A stretch of DNA of 44,316 nt. Source: a virus. Shown one piece after another: positions 1-9,840 of the stretch (positions are counted from its first letter, which is position 1; every line of letters begins with the position of its first letter). A program made the translations under genes and the position numbers. The stretch lies in the IMG/VR virus record IMGVR_UViG_3300027822_000004; one strand, 5' to 3'. Under the pieces are notes generated by a model that saw only the letters and a program-made list of their open reading frames with translations, was not told the DNA's origin and searched no databases.

Positions 1-127
1 AAGGAGAAAAAAGATATATGAAACTAAAAATAATCCATCAATGGAGAGTAAGAAAACTTAATTTCTTTTATAATAATAAAATTGTCAATACTGCTTTCAG
101 AGTAGAAAAAAGAATGATCATTTTAAA
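1..127. repeat. Terminal direct repeat, left copy (identical to 44190-44316); circular or circularly permuted genome closure
   Basis: aaggagaaaaaagatatatgaaactaaaaataatcc...agaatgatcattttaaa reads identically at both ends of the window (127 nt compared by eye). Confidence 0.9.
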
Positions 128-212
128 GATCAAGTTTTGGTGGAAAAATATAAAAGAGTTTGAGACCATGAAATCAGCTAATTCATTTGTAAAAAAGAGG
201 GTGAATAAATGA
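18..212 (+). CDS. Hypothetical small basic protein
   Basis: 64-aa ORF. AAGGAG sits 11 nt upstream of the ATG. It overlaps the end of the 44080-44250 ORF on the circular map, so only one of the two may be real over the overlap. Confidence 0.3.
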   Translation: MKLKIIHQWRVRKLNFFYNNKIVNTAFRVEKRMIILKIKFWWKNIKEFETMKSANSFVKKRVNK

Positions 213-973
213 TTCAATTAATTCAAGGTGATTGTTTAGAGGTAATGAAAAAAGGGCCGGATAAAAGTGTTGATATGATATTGACTGACCCACCGTATGG
301 AACAACCGCTTGTAAATGGGATAGTGTAATTCCATTGGAACCAATGTGGAAAGAGTTGAAAAGGCTTATCAAAGATAACGGTGCTATTGTAATGACAGCT
401 TCGCAACCTTTTACAAGTGCTTTAATTGTGAGCAATATAAAAATGTTTAGATATGAGATTATTTGGCACAAGAATTTGTCAGGAGGTTTTGTGAATGCTA
501 AAAAAATGATAATGAAATATCATGAAAACATATTGATTTTTTCGAAAAAGCAGCCAACTTATAACCCTCAATTTGAAGAATATTCAGAAAGTGTTAAAAA
601 GAGATTTAAAAATAATAATTTAAAAATAAATAGTAAAAAGCAAATAGAGAATAAATCAAAAAATTCAATTGCAGGTGTAATAAAAACAGAACATTCTATT
701 GATTACGAAAGAGGTAAATACCCACAAAGTGTTCAGTTTTTTAAATCAGTTCATACAGCAAATTCAAATAGGCTACACCCAACCCAAAAACCAGTAGCAT
801 TAATGGAATATCTAATCAAAACCTACACCAATGAAGGTGAAACAGTTCTTGATTTTACTATGGGTTCAGGCACTACAGGCGTAGCTTGTAAAAATTTAAA
901 CAGAAATTTTATTGGAATTGAACTTGATAAAAAATATTTTGAGATAGCTAAAGAAAGGATAGACAAAGCATGA
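209..973 (+). CDS. DNA methyltransferase, N6-adenine/N4-cytosine class (DPPY motif)
   Basis: TDPPYG catalytic motif near the N-terminus and FTMGSGTTGVAC AdoMet-binding motif near the C-terminus (beta-class order). HPTQKP motif present. Confidence 0.85.
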   Translation: MIQLIQGDCLEVMKKGPDKSVDMILTDPPYGTTACKWDSVIPLEPMWKELKRLIKDNGAIVMTASQPFTSALIVSNIKMFRYEIIWHKNLSGGFVNAKKMIMKYHENILIFSKKQPTYNPQFEEYSESVKKRFKNNNLKINSKKQIENKSKNSIAGVIKTEHSIDYERGKYPQSVQFFKSVHTANSNRLHPTQKPVALMEYLIKTYTNEGETVLDFTMGSGTTGVACKNLNRNFIGIELDKKYFEIAKERIDKA

Positions 974-1503
974 TAACAGTATTCGACTTAGAAACGACTG
1001 GACTTGTAAAAGCAAAAGGTATTGACATTGCACATCAACCATATATCACAGAAGTTTATGCAATACAATTAGATAATAGAGGAAATATTAAAAAAGAATT
1101 TGAAAGTTATATTAAACCACCTATTCCAATCCCTGACTATATTACAAAAATTACTAATATAAATGACTATACAGTAAAGGACGCTCCAATATTTCTGGAA
1201 GTATATAAAAAAATAATTGAAATATTCTTTTGTTCTCATACAGTAGTCGCCCACAATTTAACTTTTGATGAACAAGTATTGATCTTTGAACTTCAGCGGA
1301 TAGGAAAAGAATATCATTTTCCATACCCGCCTGTAAAGTTTTGTACAGTTGAACAAAGCATGTATATAAAAGGCCACCGATTAAAGAATGGTGAACTTTA
1401 TAAAATTGCTACTGGTAGAGAAATTGAAGGAGCGCATAAGGCAAAAAACGATGTAATGGCAACTTATGAATCCTATAAATGGTTAAGGAGACAAAAATCA
1501 TGA
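970..1503 (+). CDS. DnaQ-like 3'-5' exonuclease (DEDDh family)
   Basis: FDLETTGL ExoI motif, VAHNLTFDEQ ExoII-like motif and HKAKNDV (H-x4-D) ExoIII motif. ATGA overlap with the upstream methylase gene. Confidence 0.8.
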   Translation: MITVFDLETTGLVKAKGIDIAHQPYITEVYAIQLDNRGNIKKEFESYIKPPIPIPDYITKITNINDYTVKDAPIFLEVYKKIIEIFFCSHTVVAHNLTFDEQVLIFELQRIGKEYHFPYPPVKFCTVEQSMYIKGHRLKNGELYKIATGREIEGAHKAKNDVMATYESYKWLRRQKS

Positions 1504-1778
1504 AATATTATAGAATCCACACAACACATAAAACAACTGGAGTAATAATTAAAAGCCCTTTTGTTTTTAAATTACGGGATGTACAAACAAGATGTGAAAG
1601 GTTAAATTATTACTTTAAAAATGGAAACCATATTTATCAATTGTCTAAAAAATATACAAAAGCGGAAATCAGATCAAGGTATTCAAAAGATAGTTCCCCA
1701 CAAGAATTGTTAACAATCACTAAACATTTAGAATTTAATAAGGAGATTGAAAATGACACGACAACAGAAGCAAGCTAA
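1500..1778 (+). CDS. Hypothetical protein
   Basis: ORF track starts at 1479. The ATG at 1500 has AAGGAG 9 nt upstream and overlaps the exonuclease stop (ATGA), so it is preferred. Confidence 0.5.
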   Translation: MKYYRIHTTHKTTGVIIKSPFVFKLRDVQTRCERLNYYFKNGNHIYQLSKKYTKAEIRSRYSKDSSPQELLTITKHLEFNKEIENDTTTEAS

Positions 1779-2064
1779 ATTTTCTTTAATGGTAGCACAA
1801 CTCATAATCTTTGCATATAACAAAGGGCATGAAATTGCATTAGGCCATGCATACCGATGTGATGATTGCCCTATAGGTGCGGAAAATTCTTTTCATAAAA
1901 AATGTTTAGCTATTGATTTAAATCTTTTTAGAAATGGAGTATATTTAGAAAGGACAGAAGACCATGCTTTTTTAGGTAAGTATTGGAAAGAGCTTGATCC
2001 AGAAAATACCTGGGGTGGGGATTTCAAAAATCCTGATGGTAATCACTATAGTTATGGGGAATAA
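1753..2064 (+). CDS. Peptidase M15-like zinc peptidoglycan peptidase (endolysin candidate)
   Basis: SFHKKCLAIDL (H-x3-x-A-x-D type) and DGNHYS (D-x2-H) motifs, typical of M15 L-Ala-D-Glu / DD-peptidases. Track start 1747 is TTG. The ATG at 1753 has AGGAG 7 nt upstream. Confidence 0.65.
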   Translation: MTRQQKQAKFSLMVAQLIIFAYNKGHEIALGHAYRCDDCPIGAENSFHKKCLAIDLNLFRNGVYLERTEDHAFLGKYWKELDPENTWGGDFKNPDGNHYSYGE

Positions 2065-2067
2065 TTT

Positions 2068-4887
2068 ATGTGGCTAAATATTAAATCAGGTTACAGCTTC
2101 AAACAAGTCTATGGACACCTGGATAAAATTGCTGAAAAATGCAAAGCTCTTTGTATTGAGTCTGACATAATTGAACCATATGGAGGTATAGCGGACTTGG
2201 GGAACACGTTTGCTCATGTTCCATGGAAAAAAGCCTGCAAAAAAGTAGGCATTAAACCTATCTATGGTGTGCAATTACCTGTAGTAGAATCATTACAAAG
2301 AAATGAAAGAAGATATCCTTTTAATTGGATGACATTTATTGCAAAAAATACTGAAGGATTACAAGAAATATATAGATTGGTTGATTTATCTTTTCAGCAA
2401 TTTTATTACAAACAACGCATTACATATGAACAAATAAACACCACTTCTTTAGATGTTGTTATATTTAGTGGTATTGCTCCAAGATGGGATTTAATAAAAA
2501 CAGAGATCTTTTATGAATTAAGTCCTTGCACCCCTTATAATAAAAGAAAACAACTCCATTCATTACCGATAGCATGCATAGATAATTATTATATTGATCT
2601 CAATGATAATATGATCTATGAACCCTTTGCAGATGATAAAGCAAGACTGAGAGAAAGAAAAACATCACCAATCCATGTTTTATCCAGAAGAGAATGGGAT
2701 AATATTTATAATAATGAAGATGCTTTATTTAATTTAGATATTATTTCTGCTAATTGTAATGCAACAATTCCAAATGCTCCAATGGTAAAATATAATGGAA
2801 AAGAAGAAATTCAAGATTTATGTTGGAAAAATGCATTTAAAAAAGGGGTTGATCTTAATCAACCACCATATGAAAAAAGATGGGAAAGAGAAATTACTCT
2901 TATCATAGAAAAAGAATATGTTGATTACTTCCTTGTAGTTGCTGACGCTGTCAGATATGCAAAAACAAAAATGACAGTTGGCCCTGCTCGTGGTTCTTCC
3001 GCAGGAAGTTTAGTATGCTATCTTTTAGGGATTACTGAAATCGATCCACTTGAATATAATCTCTTCTTTGAAAGATTTATTGATATTAATCGATTTGATT
3101 TTCCGGATATTGATATTGATTTTCAAGATAATAAAAGACATCTTGTGATTAAATATCTTGAGAATAAATATGGAAAGGATAACGTTGCACAGATAGCTAA
3201 TATCAACAAAATGAAACCACGTTCAGCAATCAATAAATTTTCTGATGCTTTAGGAATACCACTTGATGATGTCCATGAATTAAAAGACGGAATGATTCAA
3301 GATCTTAATTCAAAAACTTGTATTCAAGACACATTTAATAATACGAATATTGGGAAGAAATTTATTGAAGAATATCCACAAATGGAAGTAGTAAAATATA
3401 TTGAAGATCATCCTTCACACATGGGGGTACATGCAGCCGGTATTCTTGTGTGTAATAAACCAATAACAAATTATTGCGGTATAAACAGCCGTGATAAAAA
3501 ACAAATTGCTATGATTGATAAAAGAGATGCTGAGTCAGTAAATCTTTTAAAAATTGATGCTCTTGGATTAAGAACACTAACTATATTTGCTGAAATTTGT
3601 GATCAGATCAATAAGCCTTATGATTGGCTATATGATATTCCTATAGATGATAGCAAAACATATAATATATTTAATGATCATCAATACAATGGAGTATTCC
3701 AATTTGAAGGAAACATGGTTCAAAAGTTAGCTAAACAAATTTATTTTAAAAATATAGAAGATATTGCTGCTATTGGAGCAATTGGAAGACCTGGCCCACT
3801 TGAAGCTGGAAGTGCATATAAATATGTTCAATATAAAGCTGGAAATAAATTAATTGAATACATGAATGATCATCCTATTTTTATTGATATCACAAAAAAT
3901 ACTTTTGGAGTAATAATATATCAAGAGCAAGTAATGAGAATAGTAAAAGAAATAGGCAATTTATCATGGTCAGATACTTCAAAGATTAGAAAAGCAATTG
4001 CAAAAAGTAAAGGAACTAAAACATTTAAAAACCTATATGAAAAATTTGAAAAAGGAGCAATTGAAAATAAATTAACAAAAGATCAAACATTAAATTTATG
4101 GGAACATATAAATACAATGGGAGGTTATGCTTTCAATAAATCTCATGCTGTATCTTATGCAATTATATCTTATCTGTGTGCATATTTAAAAGCTCATTAC
4201 CCACTTGAATTTACTGTTGCTTGTTTAAATAATTCAAATAATGATAGATCCGCAGTAAAGATTTTAAGAGATGCAATAAAAATTGATGGAATAAATTATA
4301 AATATTTTCATCCAAAACATTCAGAAGTTAAATGGTCAGTAAAAGATAAAATTCTTTATGGTGGCTTTATTTCACTTGATGGAGTTGGTTTAACTACTGC
4401 AAAAAGGGCTGTTAAAAAACGCGCTTGTGATGAACCATTTACAAATAAAAAAATAAAGGAATGTCAAAGCCCTTTTAAATATTTATATCCAGGTGATGAA
4501 ATATATGGTGATTATTACACAGATCCTAAAACACATAATTTATCTGGACAAGTAACAAAAATAAAAAATTTATTGTTAGATGGAACATTTACTGTTATTG
4601 GTTGTTTAATTAAAAAGAAAATAAAAGATGCAAATGAACCGGAACTTGTAGCAAAAAGAAAAGGAAAATTTTTAACAGGACAAACAACATGGATTAACTT
4701 AATTATTGAAGATGATACCGGTCAAATACTGTGTAAAATAAAAAAAGAAAATTATTTAAAATTAGGGAAAAATATTGCTGAAACAGGAAAAGAAGAAAAA
4801 GATTGGTATATGATTTATGGTGATCGAGTTAATGGGTGGGATATGTTGTTTGTTAAAAATATTAAAAAGATTACAAGGAGAATTTAA
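2068..4887 (+). CDS. dnaE: DNA polymerase III alpha subunit-like replicative polymerase (DnaE type)
   Basis: 939 aa. GPARGSSAGSLVCYLLGITEIDPL, FPDIDIDF, LLKIDALGLRTL, FQFEG and IYQEQVM are hallmark DnaE palm/fingers motifs. N-terminal PHP-like region present. Confidence 0.9.
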   Translation: MWLNIKSGYSFKQVYGHLDKIAEKCKALCIESDIIEPYGGIADLGNTFAHVPWKKACKKVGIKPIYGVQLPVVESLQRNERRYPFNWMTFIAKNTEGLQEIYRLVDLSFQQFYYKQRITYEQINTTSLDVVIFSGIAPRWDLIKTEIFYELSPCTPYNKRKQLHSLPIACIDNYYIDLNDNMIYEPFADDKARLRERKTSPIHVLSRREWDNIYNNEDALFNLDIISANCNATIPNAPMVKYNGKEEIQDLCWKNAFKKGVDLNQPPYEKRWEREITLIIEKEYVDYFLVVADAVRYAKTKMTVGPARGSSAGSLVCYLLGITEIDPLEYNLFFERFIDINRFDFPDIDIDFQDNKRHLVIKYLENKYGKDNVAQIANINKMKPRSAINKFSDALGIPLDDVHELKDGMIQDLNSKTCIQDTFNNTNIGKKFIEEYPQMEVVKYIEDHPSHMGVHAAGILVCNKPITNYCGINSRDKKQIAMIDKRDAESVNLLKIDALGLRTLTIFAEICDQINKPYDWLYDIPIDDSKTYNIFNDHQYNGVFQFEGNMVQKLAKQIYFKNIEDIAAIGAIGRPGPLEAGSAYKYVQYKAGNKLIEYMNDHPIFIDITKNTFGVIIYQEQVMRIVKEIGNLSWSDTSKIRKAIAKSKGTKTFKNLYEKFEKGAIENKLTKDQTLNLWEHINTMGGYAFNKSHAVSYAIISYLCAYLKAHYPLEFTVACLNNSNNDRSAVKILRDAIKIDGINYKYFHPKHSEVKWSVKDKILYGGFISLDGVGLTTAKRAVKKRACDEPFTNKKIKECQSPFKYLYPGDEIYGDYYTDPKTHNLSGQVTKIKNLLLDGTFTVIGCLIKKKIKDANEPELVAKRKGKFLTGQTTWINLIIEDDTGQILCKIKKENYLKLGKNIAETGKEEKDWYMIYGDRVNGWDMLFVKNIKKITRRI

Positions 4888-5076
4888 ATGATAAGATTAT
4901 TATGTTCAAAGTGCGGAATGGAAATAGAATATGTTTTATCTAATTATAATAATATTGAGATAAAAATAGAACCATGTAAGTGTATAAAAAATAATATAAA
5001 AGAATTTAAATCAATTCAAAATGAAGTAATTGAAATGAAAGAAAAAATTAAAAAAGTAAGTAACATATTATCATGA
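4888..5076 (+). CDS. Small Cys-containing protein (possible zinc ribbon)
   Basis: 62-aa ORF abutting the dnaE stop. CSKCG ... CKC pattern. Confidence 0.45.
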   Translation: MIRLLCSKCGMEIEYVLSNYNNIEIKIEPCKCIKNNIKEFKSIQNEVIEMKEKIKKVSNILS

Positions 5077-5426
5077 AATCAGAATCAAACCACCAAATAA
5101 CCTTCATTCAGTGGTGCAAACGAAACACCATTCAATATCCGGAACTTGATTTAATTTTTTGGATAAGGAATGAAAGTAGAAGTAAAAAAGTAAGAATCAT
5201 GGGTAAATTAATGGGAATAAAACCCGGCATTCCTGATTTACTTTTACCAGTAGCAAGAAGAACCTTTCATGGGTTGTTTATTGAAATGAAAAAATCTAAA
5301 AAAGAAAAATTAAATCCTGATCAAATAAAAATGAAGAATAAACTATCCGCTCAAGGTTACGCAGTCACAAGAGCGGATAATTCAGAAGAAGCAATTGATA
5401 TTATTAAAAGTTATTTACAGATTTAA
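5073..5426 (+). CDS. VRR-NUC domain nuclease
   Basis: GIPDLLL ... GLFIEMK pattern (PD-(D/E)xK core of VRR-NUC). ATGA overlap with the upstream ORF. Confidence 0.75.
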   Translation: MKSESNHQITFIQWCKRNTIQYPELDLIFWIRNESRSKKVRIMGKLMGIKPGIPDLLLPVARRTFHGLFIEMKKSKKEKLNPDQIKMKNKLSAQGYAVTRADNSEEAIDIIKSYLQI

Positions 5427-5746
5427 ATTATATGTGATAATATTTTCTTCAAAGTCTTTACTGTGGCAGCTTTCACTTCAGCCACTGTGGTTGCTGAATC
5501 AAAAATTTGATCAATTTTATCTTTTGCTTCTTGAATTGTTATTCCTTTTAATCCTGCTGTTTTTTGCTCTTCAGCTATTTCATCAATACGAACTTTTTTA
5601 TCATCTATAGCTTGCTGTTTAGTATTTTCATAATCAATGTATTCTTGACTATCAGTAGTAATTTTTTCATGATCCTCATCTCTGGGCCATTTTGAAACAG
5701 ATTTTATGGACTTATCTTGTTTTCTATCTACATATACATTTTCCAT
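5423..5746 (-). CDS. Hypothetical protein at the distal end of the tail module (possible fiber accessory/chaperone)
   Basis: 107-aa ORF immediately downstream of the tail fiber gene and last gene of the late arm. No recognisable motif. Confidence 0.45.
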   Translation of the reverse strand: MENVYVDRKQDKSIKSVSKWPRDEDHEKITTDSQEYIDYENTKQQAIDDKKVRIDEIAEEQKTAGLKGITIQEAKDKIDQIFDSATTVAEVKAATVKTLKKILSHII

Positions 5747-5751
5747 ATTTT

Positions 5752-6849
5752 TTACTCCTTTCCTCTTGCATCACGCCAACCTTTAGTTAATACATTAAAC
5801 GGATCAACTGTCCCATTAGCCCGATATTGTATCTGTGCAGAAGTATTAGTTTTCATTTCAAATTCTATCTGTGGTTGTTCATTTTCATTTATTATACCAC
5901 CAAGATCACATAGCGCTATTGATGCTGGTACAATATCTGTTTCTCCAACTTCAAAAAAATACATAAATAGATTTTGTACACTATAATAACAACCTCTAAA
6001 TTTTGCCATTACATTAACATCAGGTGGCACAGATAATGTAAGTGTTTGAATAGTAGTAGCTGGAGGAGTACCATTAAAATCTTCAATTCTATCTTTCCAT
6101 CTAAAATCATCACCCCATTGAAAGAATGGAAGTATATTCAAGCTACCATCAGTCAATATACTTCCTAACCTCCTATAAGCAGTATAAGCAGTAGCATCAG
6201 CAAGTAAATTGGCAGCAGTAAGTGAAGTATCAAATCCAAAATCCACAAGAGTTTCATCAGTTTTTAGTATTACAAAAAAATGATACCATGTATCTGCTAA
6301 TAAAGTCAAACCAGAAGGAAAGCCTCCAGCATCATCTCCTTCAGCCCAATTGGCATCTATTTGTTTTGTAAATGATGTAGCCTTTGTAATCTGAGTAGTA
6401 TTTGGATCATCTTTTGCAATTCCAGCAGTAACATCAATATCATGATCAGCATCAGTTCCATTTGATAAAATAAAACCATCTATATATCCCCTTGGAAGTA
6501 TTACTTGATTAACTACATCAAGCCATGTTCCTGTCACATCTCCAACAGGGTCAACTACTGAAGAAGCTGGCCCATTATTAATCAAACAATGATAAAGATT
6601 ACCATCACTCCCGATTGCATAAGAAAAAATTGCAATATAATCAGTTGCATTATCATATTCAAGAATCCCTTGAATATTAATTTTTTGAAGCCATTCATAA
6701 TACCTGTTTTGTAACCAATTAAACGTTTGGTATGGAGGTTTTTCTGGAACTCCACCGGGGGCTTGCCAACCATCAGATTTATGAGTTGAATCAGGAACAA
6801 TTGAATCAGTATCATTTGAATTAAATTCCGGTAAATCTGGTTTAGCCAT
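5752..6849 (-). CDS. Tail fiber / receptor-binding protein
   Basis: Position after the baseplate J/I-like genes. Gly/Asp/Thr-rich 365-aa protein. AAGGAG-type RBS. Confidence 0.5.
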   Translation of the reverse strand: MAKPDLPEFNSNDTDSIVPDSTHKSDGWQAPGGVPEKPPYQTFNWLQNRYYEWLQKINIQGILEYDNATDYIAIFSYAIGSDGNLYHCLINNGPASSVVDPVGDVTGTWLDVVNQVILPRGYIDGFILSNGTDADHDIDVTAGIAKDDPNTTQITKATSFTKQIDANWAEGDDAGGFPSGLTLLADTWYHFFVILKTDETLVDFGFDTSLTAANLLADATAYTAYRRLGSILTDGSLNILPFFQWGDDFRWKDRIEDFNGTPPATTIQTLTLSVPPDVNVMAKFRGCYYSVQNLFMYFFEVGETDIVPASIALCDLGGIINENEQPQIEFEMKTNTSAQIQYRANGTVDPFNVLTKGWRDARGKE

Positions 6850-6865
6850 TTTATTTACTCCTTTA

Positions 6866-7549
6866 TTAAATTATAATTTTTGCAAAATTTCCACCTATAG
6901 AGGAATCTGTAACATTTCCAAACCCTAATCCAGTTGGATCATCTGAAAATGAAAAAGAATCTTCTATATAGATATGATATTCAACTTCATCAATACCAAT
7001 TAATATAGGAAAATCAGATAATAAATCTTCTTCAAATGCAGATAATTGTTTTTGTATATCATAACGTGGTTTTAAATTTTGTAACAAAATATATCTAACT
7101 GGAATATTCCCAAAAGTAAAAGAAATTAATCTTGTAGTATCATCTACTATCATAGCTGTTTGATTTTCAATTATTTTTGCTCTAATTAATAAACGATATA
7201 AATCATCTCCAATCAACACTTCATTAGACATACCATTCCAAAAATTCCCGCCAATATCTGAATCAAGAATAGTTCCAAATCCAAGTGATGTAGGATCATT
7301 TAAAAAACCAAAAATACCAGCAACATCAATATCTTTTGTTGGCCTTGGAAGCCCAACTATTTCACCTATTCCATCAAGTTGGACTCCTTGAGAAGTATCT
7401 AAATATCTTTCATTTAATAACTGTAAACCGCTTATTTCAAGTTCTTGAAACTCAGTTAAAAAAGAAGTAAGAAATCCTTTAAAATTTTCACTTGTCTCAA
7501 ATTGATATGCAAGTCTTGATAAACCTTTTATAATTACTTCATCAGCCAT
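6866..7549 (-). CDS. Baseplate/tail protein (gpI-like position)
   Basis: Follows the baseplate J-like gene with a 1-nt overlap. Contains an internal duplicated motif (DPTSLGFGTILDSDIGGNF / DPTGLGFGNVTDSSIGGNF). Confidence 0.5.
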   Translation of the reverse strand: MADEVIIKGLSRLAYQFETSENFKGFLTSFLTEFQELEISGLQLLNERYLDTSQGVQLDGIGEIVGLPRPTKDIDVAGIFGFLNDPTSLGFGTILDSDIGGNFWNGMSNEVLIGDDLYRLLIRAKIIENQTAMIVDDTTRLISFTFGNIPVRYILLQNLKPRYDIQKQLSAFEEDLLSDFPILIGIDEVEYHIYIEDSFSFSDDPTGLGFGNVTDSSIGGNFAKIII

Positions 7550-8700
7550 TATGTGACATTAACCTCCACCCTTGTAGTATCATATCTTGATACTTCATCT
7601 GCATCAATTGTTAAATTAGAAGTTCCAGCAGGAGACGCTCCTAAGCCCATCCCTAAAGCTAAAGTAACAATTCCAGGTACAGTATTTATAGGAGTAAAAA
7701 AATCATGGTAAATTACATCATCTGATATCTTAAAATTTATTGCACCAAAAGATACAATAGCATTTTTTATATCATCTTCTCCTGTACCTGGAAAATCCCC
7801 ATCAACTGTAATATCAACTTTATAATAAATTTCAATATCTGAAGGTCGAGTAAATTTTATATCTTGTGAAAATCCTTGTGCGTCCGGTCTTACTACTGTT
7901 ATTGCTCCATGTGAGGCAATCCCCTGTGGAGTGTTTAGCCAAATAGCATCAGCAATATCATCATTATCCCCACCAAGAATTGATGATAAAAACTGATGAG
8001 GCGGTATCCCATCAACAATTGCATCGGTTCCATTACTAATTACCACTGCGTCTTCTACACCAGAAATATTTAATAATTGACCAAAAAGAGAATCTACAAG
8101 ATTCTGTCCAAGTGCTTGTGTTGATTGTTGCCTTCTAATTCTCAATTCCGAATCAATTTCTTCTTCTCTTCCAACAATTGCATCAGCAGTATTTGTGATG
8201 CTTGTCCATCCAAAAACAGGGGTTTCAATGTTTGTAAGTGTCCCTGTTAAAGCAGTTATAACCCCTTCTTCTACACTCTGCATAGCAACAGTTATTGTAC
8301 CACCTGGTGGAATAGTAATGTCTTCAAGGGTTTCAAAAAGATCCCCTGTTCCTGTTACGCTTGCTAAACTACCAGTAGAAATTAAAGTTCCTTCTACTCC
8401 TGTTAAAGTTCCCGTAACAGTTGAATTTGTTGCTTCCTGTCTCTCAATTCCATTATACATTACCACATTCGATAATTGAGAACCTTGTGAAGTGGATGGA
8501 TATTGAGAATTGTAAACATTTTCTTGACTTTCCCATTGATCTGATTGAGCTTCAGATTCAATTCCTACAAATTGACCAAATCCGCTTTCAGGAGTTAAAT
8601 CAATATTATCGCCAAAAACCGATTTTAATCTTGATTCAATATCAGCTTTTATATCTGTTAATCTTTTTCTTTCAAAACCCGCAGGAGTTAAACCGGCCAT
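7549..8700 (-). CDS. Baseplate J-like protein
   Basis: 383 aa. Synteny (W-like, J-like, I-like, fiber) and an N-terminal pattern typical of baseplate J family proteins. Confidence 0.6.
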   Translation of the reverse strand: MAGLTPAGFERKRLTDIKADIESRLKSVFGDNIDLTPESGFGQFVGIESEAQSDQWESQENVYNSQYPSTSQGSQLSNVVMYNGIERQEATNSTVTGTLTGVEGTLISTGSLASVTGTGDLFETLEDITIPPGGTITVAMQSVEEGVITALTGTLTNIETPVFGWTSITNTADAIVGREEEIDSELRIRRQQSTQALGQNLVDSLFGQLLNISGVEDAVVISNGTDAIVDGIPPHQFLSSILGGDNDDIADAIWLNTPQGIASHGAITVVRPDAQGFSQDIKFTRPSDIEIYYKVDITVDGDFPGTGEDDIKNAIVSFGAINFKISDDVIYHDFFTPINTVPGIVTLALGMGLGASPAGTSNLTIDADEVSRYDTTRVEVNVT

Positions 8701-9059
8701 TATGGAACCTCCACTGTACCTGTAACACCATCGTTTACATCAAAATCAACCCTCATCCCTTTATTATCAACATCAGGAGTTAAAAGAAGATCATTAAGTT
8801 TCTCAACACCATTTGTTTCAATTATTTTATTTTTAAAAATAGAATAAATATCTTCAATACTTGTTCCCTGTTTAAAAATAACTTGAGTATAAGGAATCCC
8901 AATAGTATTATCAAGAAACCATTCTGCAAGGATAAATTGTAACTTTATCTTTAAAGCCTGTTTTACTCTATCATTTTCATCTACAAAAGCAATATCAGAA
9001 CCATCAAGAAACATATCATGGTTATCTTCATCAAATGCTACATCATATATTATTGACAT
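8700..9059 (-). CDS. Baseplate wedge protein (gpW / Mu gp46-like position)
   Basis: 119 aa. The KQALKIKLQFILAEWFLDNTIGIPY pattern resembles small baseplate proteins that precede J. Confidence 0.45.
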   Translation of the reverse strand: MSIIYDVAFDEDNHDMFLDGSDIAFVDENDRVKQALKIKLQFILAEWFLDNTIGIPYTQVIFKQGTSIEDIYSIFKNKIIETNGVEKLNDLLLTPDVDNKGMRVDFDVNDGVTGTVEVP

Positions 9060-9060
9060 A

Positions 9061-9840
9061 TTATTTAGCCTTTACTATTGTACTTGCTTCTAATAAGGTA
9101 TGTTTATGAGATTGAACTGTATTTGTTTGATCTCCAAAACGGACTACACCTTGTGTCGCTCCTTCTCCAAGTTCTATTGTTGGAGCTTCAACTATTACTT
9201 TTCCTCCACCTTCAACTTTTGCATCTCCACTTGCTGTAACGATAGCATCAACACACTCCGCATTTATGTTCCCACTTGCAATAATATTTGCTTCTGCACA
9301 ATCTATATTTACTTTTGTATCTGTTTCAACATCAACATCTTTTGTAGTGATTATTTTAACTCCTTCAACAGTATTTATTATTATTTTTGTATCTCCTGAA
9401 TTAGTTTTTATTTCCAAATCAGATGTATTAAATGATGGAATTGTATCTGTTTGTGGATACATCATAGGAAAAGCAAAAGCATCACTTAATGAATGTTTTC
9501 TCACATCGAAAGGGTTTTGAATACCCCCATTTTGTAACCAATTATCAATAGAGCGTTCAGAAAAAACAATCATTACATGGTCATTAATTTCTATTGGAAA
9601 GGTAATAGAAAATGTTTTTGATTTATAATATCTTATAGGAACATTAATAAGTAAAGGTAAATTTATTAATTGATCACCTAACTTTCTTTGAATGGTTACT
9701 TGGGCATCAATTAATTGATTTACCATATCTACTTTAGTAACAATAGCTGGTAAACAAGTATGTAATTCTTTTAAAGCTGTGTCAATAGCAATTTGAATTA
9801 CTTTTTCTAATGATGTTTGTGGTCTATCTCCTGCTGACAT
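9061..9840 (-). CDS. Baseplate central spike (gpV / Mu gp45-like)
   Basis: 259 aa. The C-terminal repetitive beta-helix-like segment (VDVETDTKVNIDCAEANIIASGNINAECVDAIVTASGDAKVEGGGKVIVEA) is typical of spike proteins. Synteny supports the call. Confidence 0.5.
   Translation of the reverse strand: MSAGDRPQTSLEKVIQIAIDTALKELHTCLPAIVTKVDMVNQLIDAQVTIQRKLGDQLINLPLLINVPIRYYKSKTFSITFPIEINDHVMIVFSERSIDNWLQNGGIQNPFDVRKHSLSDAFAFPMMYPQTDTIPSFNTSDLEIKTNSGDTKIIINTVEGVKIITTKDVDVETDTKVNIDCAEANIIASGNINAECVDAIVTASGDAKVEGGGKVIVEAPTIELGEGATQGVVRFGDQTNTVQSHKHTLLEASTIVKAK

Noticed and set aside
223-471. Antisense or alternative-frame ORFs in the six-frame track that lie inside long, well-supported genes. Examples: 223-471, 1069-1254, 2086-2274, 5395-5610, 5717-5986, 6582-6815, 8195-8783, 9100-9520, 12259-12810, 14880-15074, 18101-18580, 18756-19121, 19622-19987, 21995-22234, 22979-23236, 24587-24915, 26614-26844, 28953-29345, 31504-32096, 32927-33157, 34656-36485, 37863-38045, 39619-39807, 39935-40129, 40250-40444, 40919-41155, 41654-41854 and 42042-42293.
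   Set aside because: They are fully embedded in, or antisense to, genes with clear motifs or synteny. They lack ribosome-binding sites and have low-complexity or Leu/Ile/Phe-rich translations typical of shadow ORFs in AT-rich DNA.
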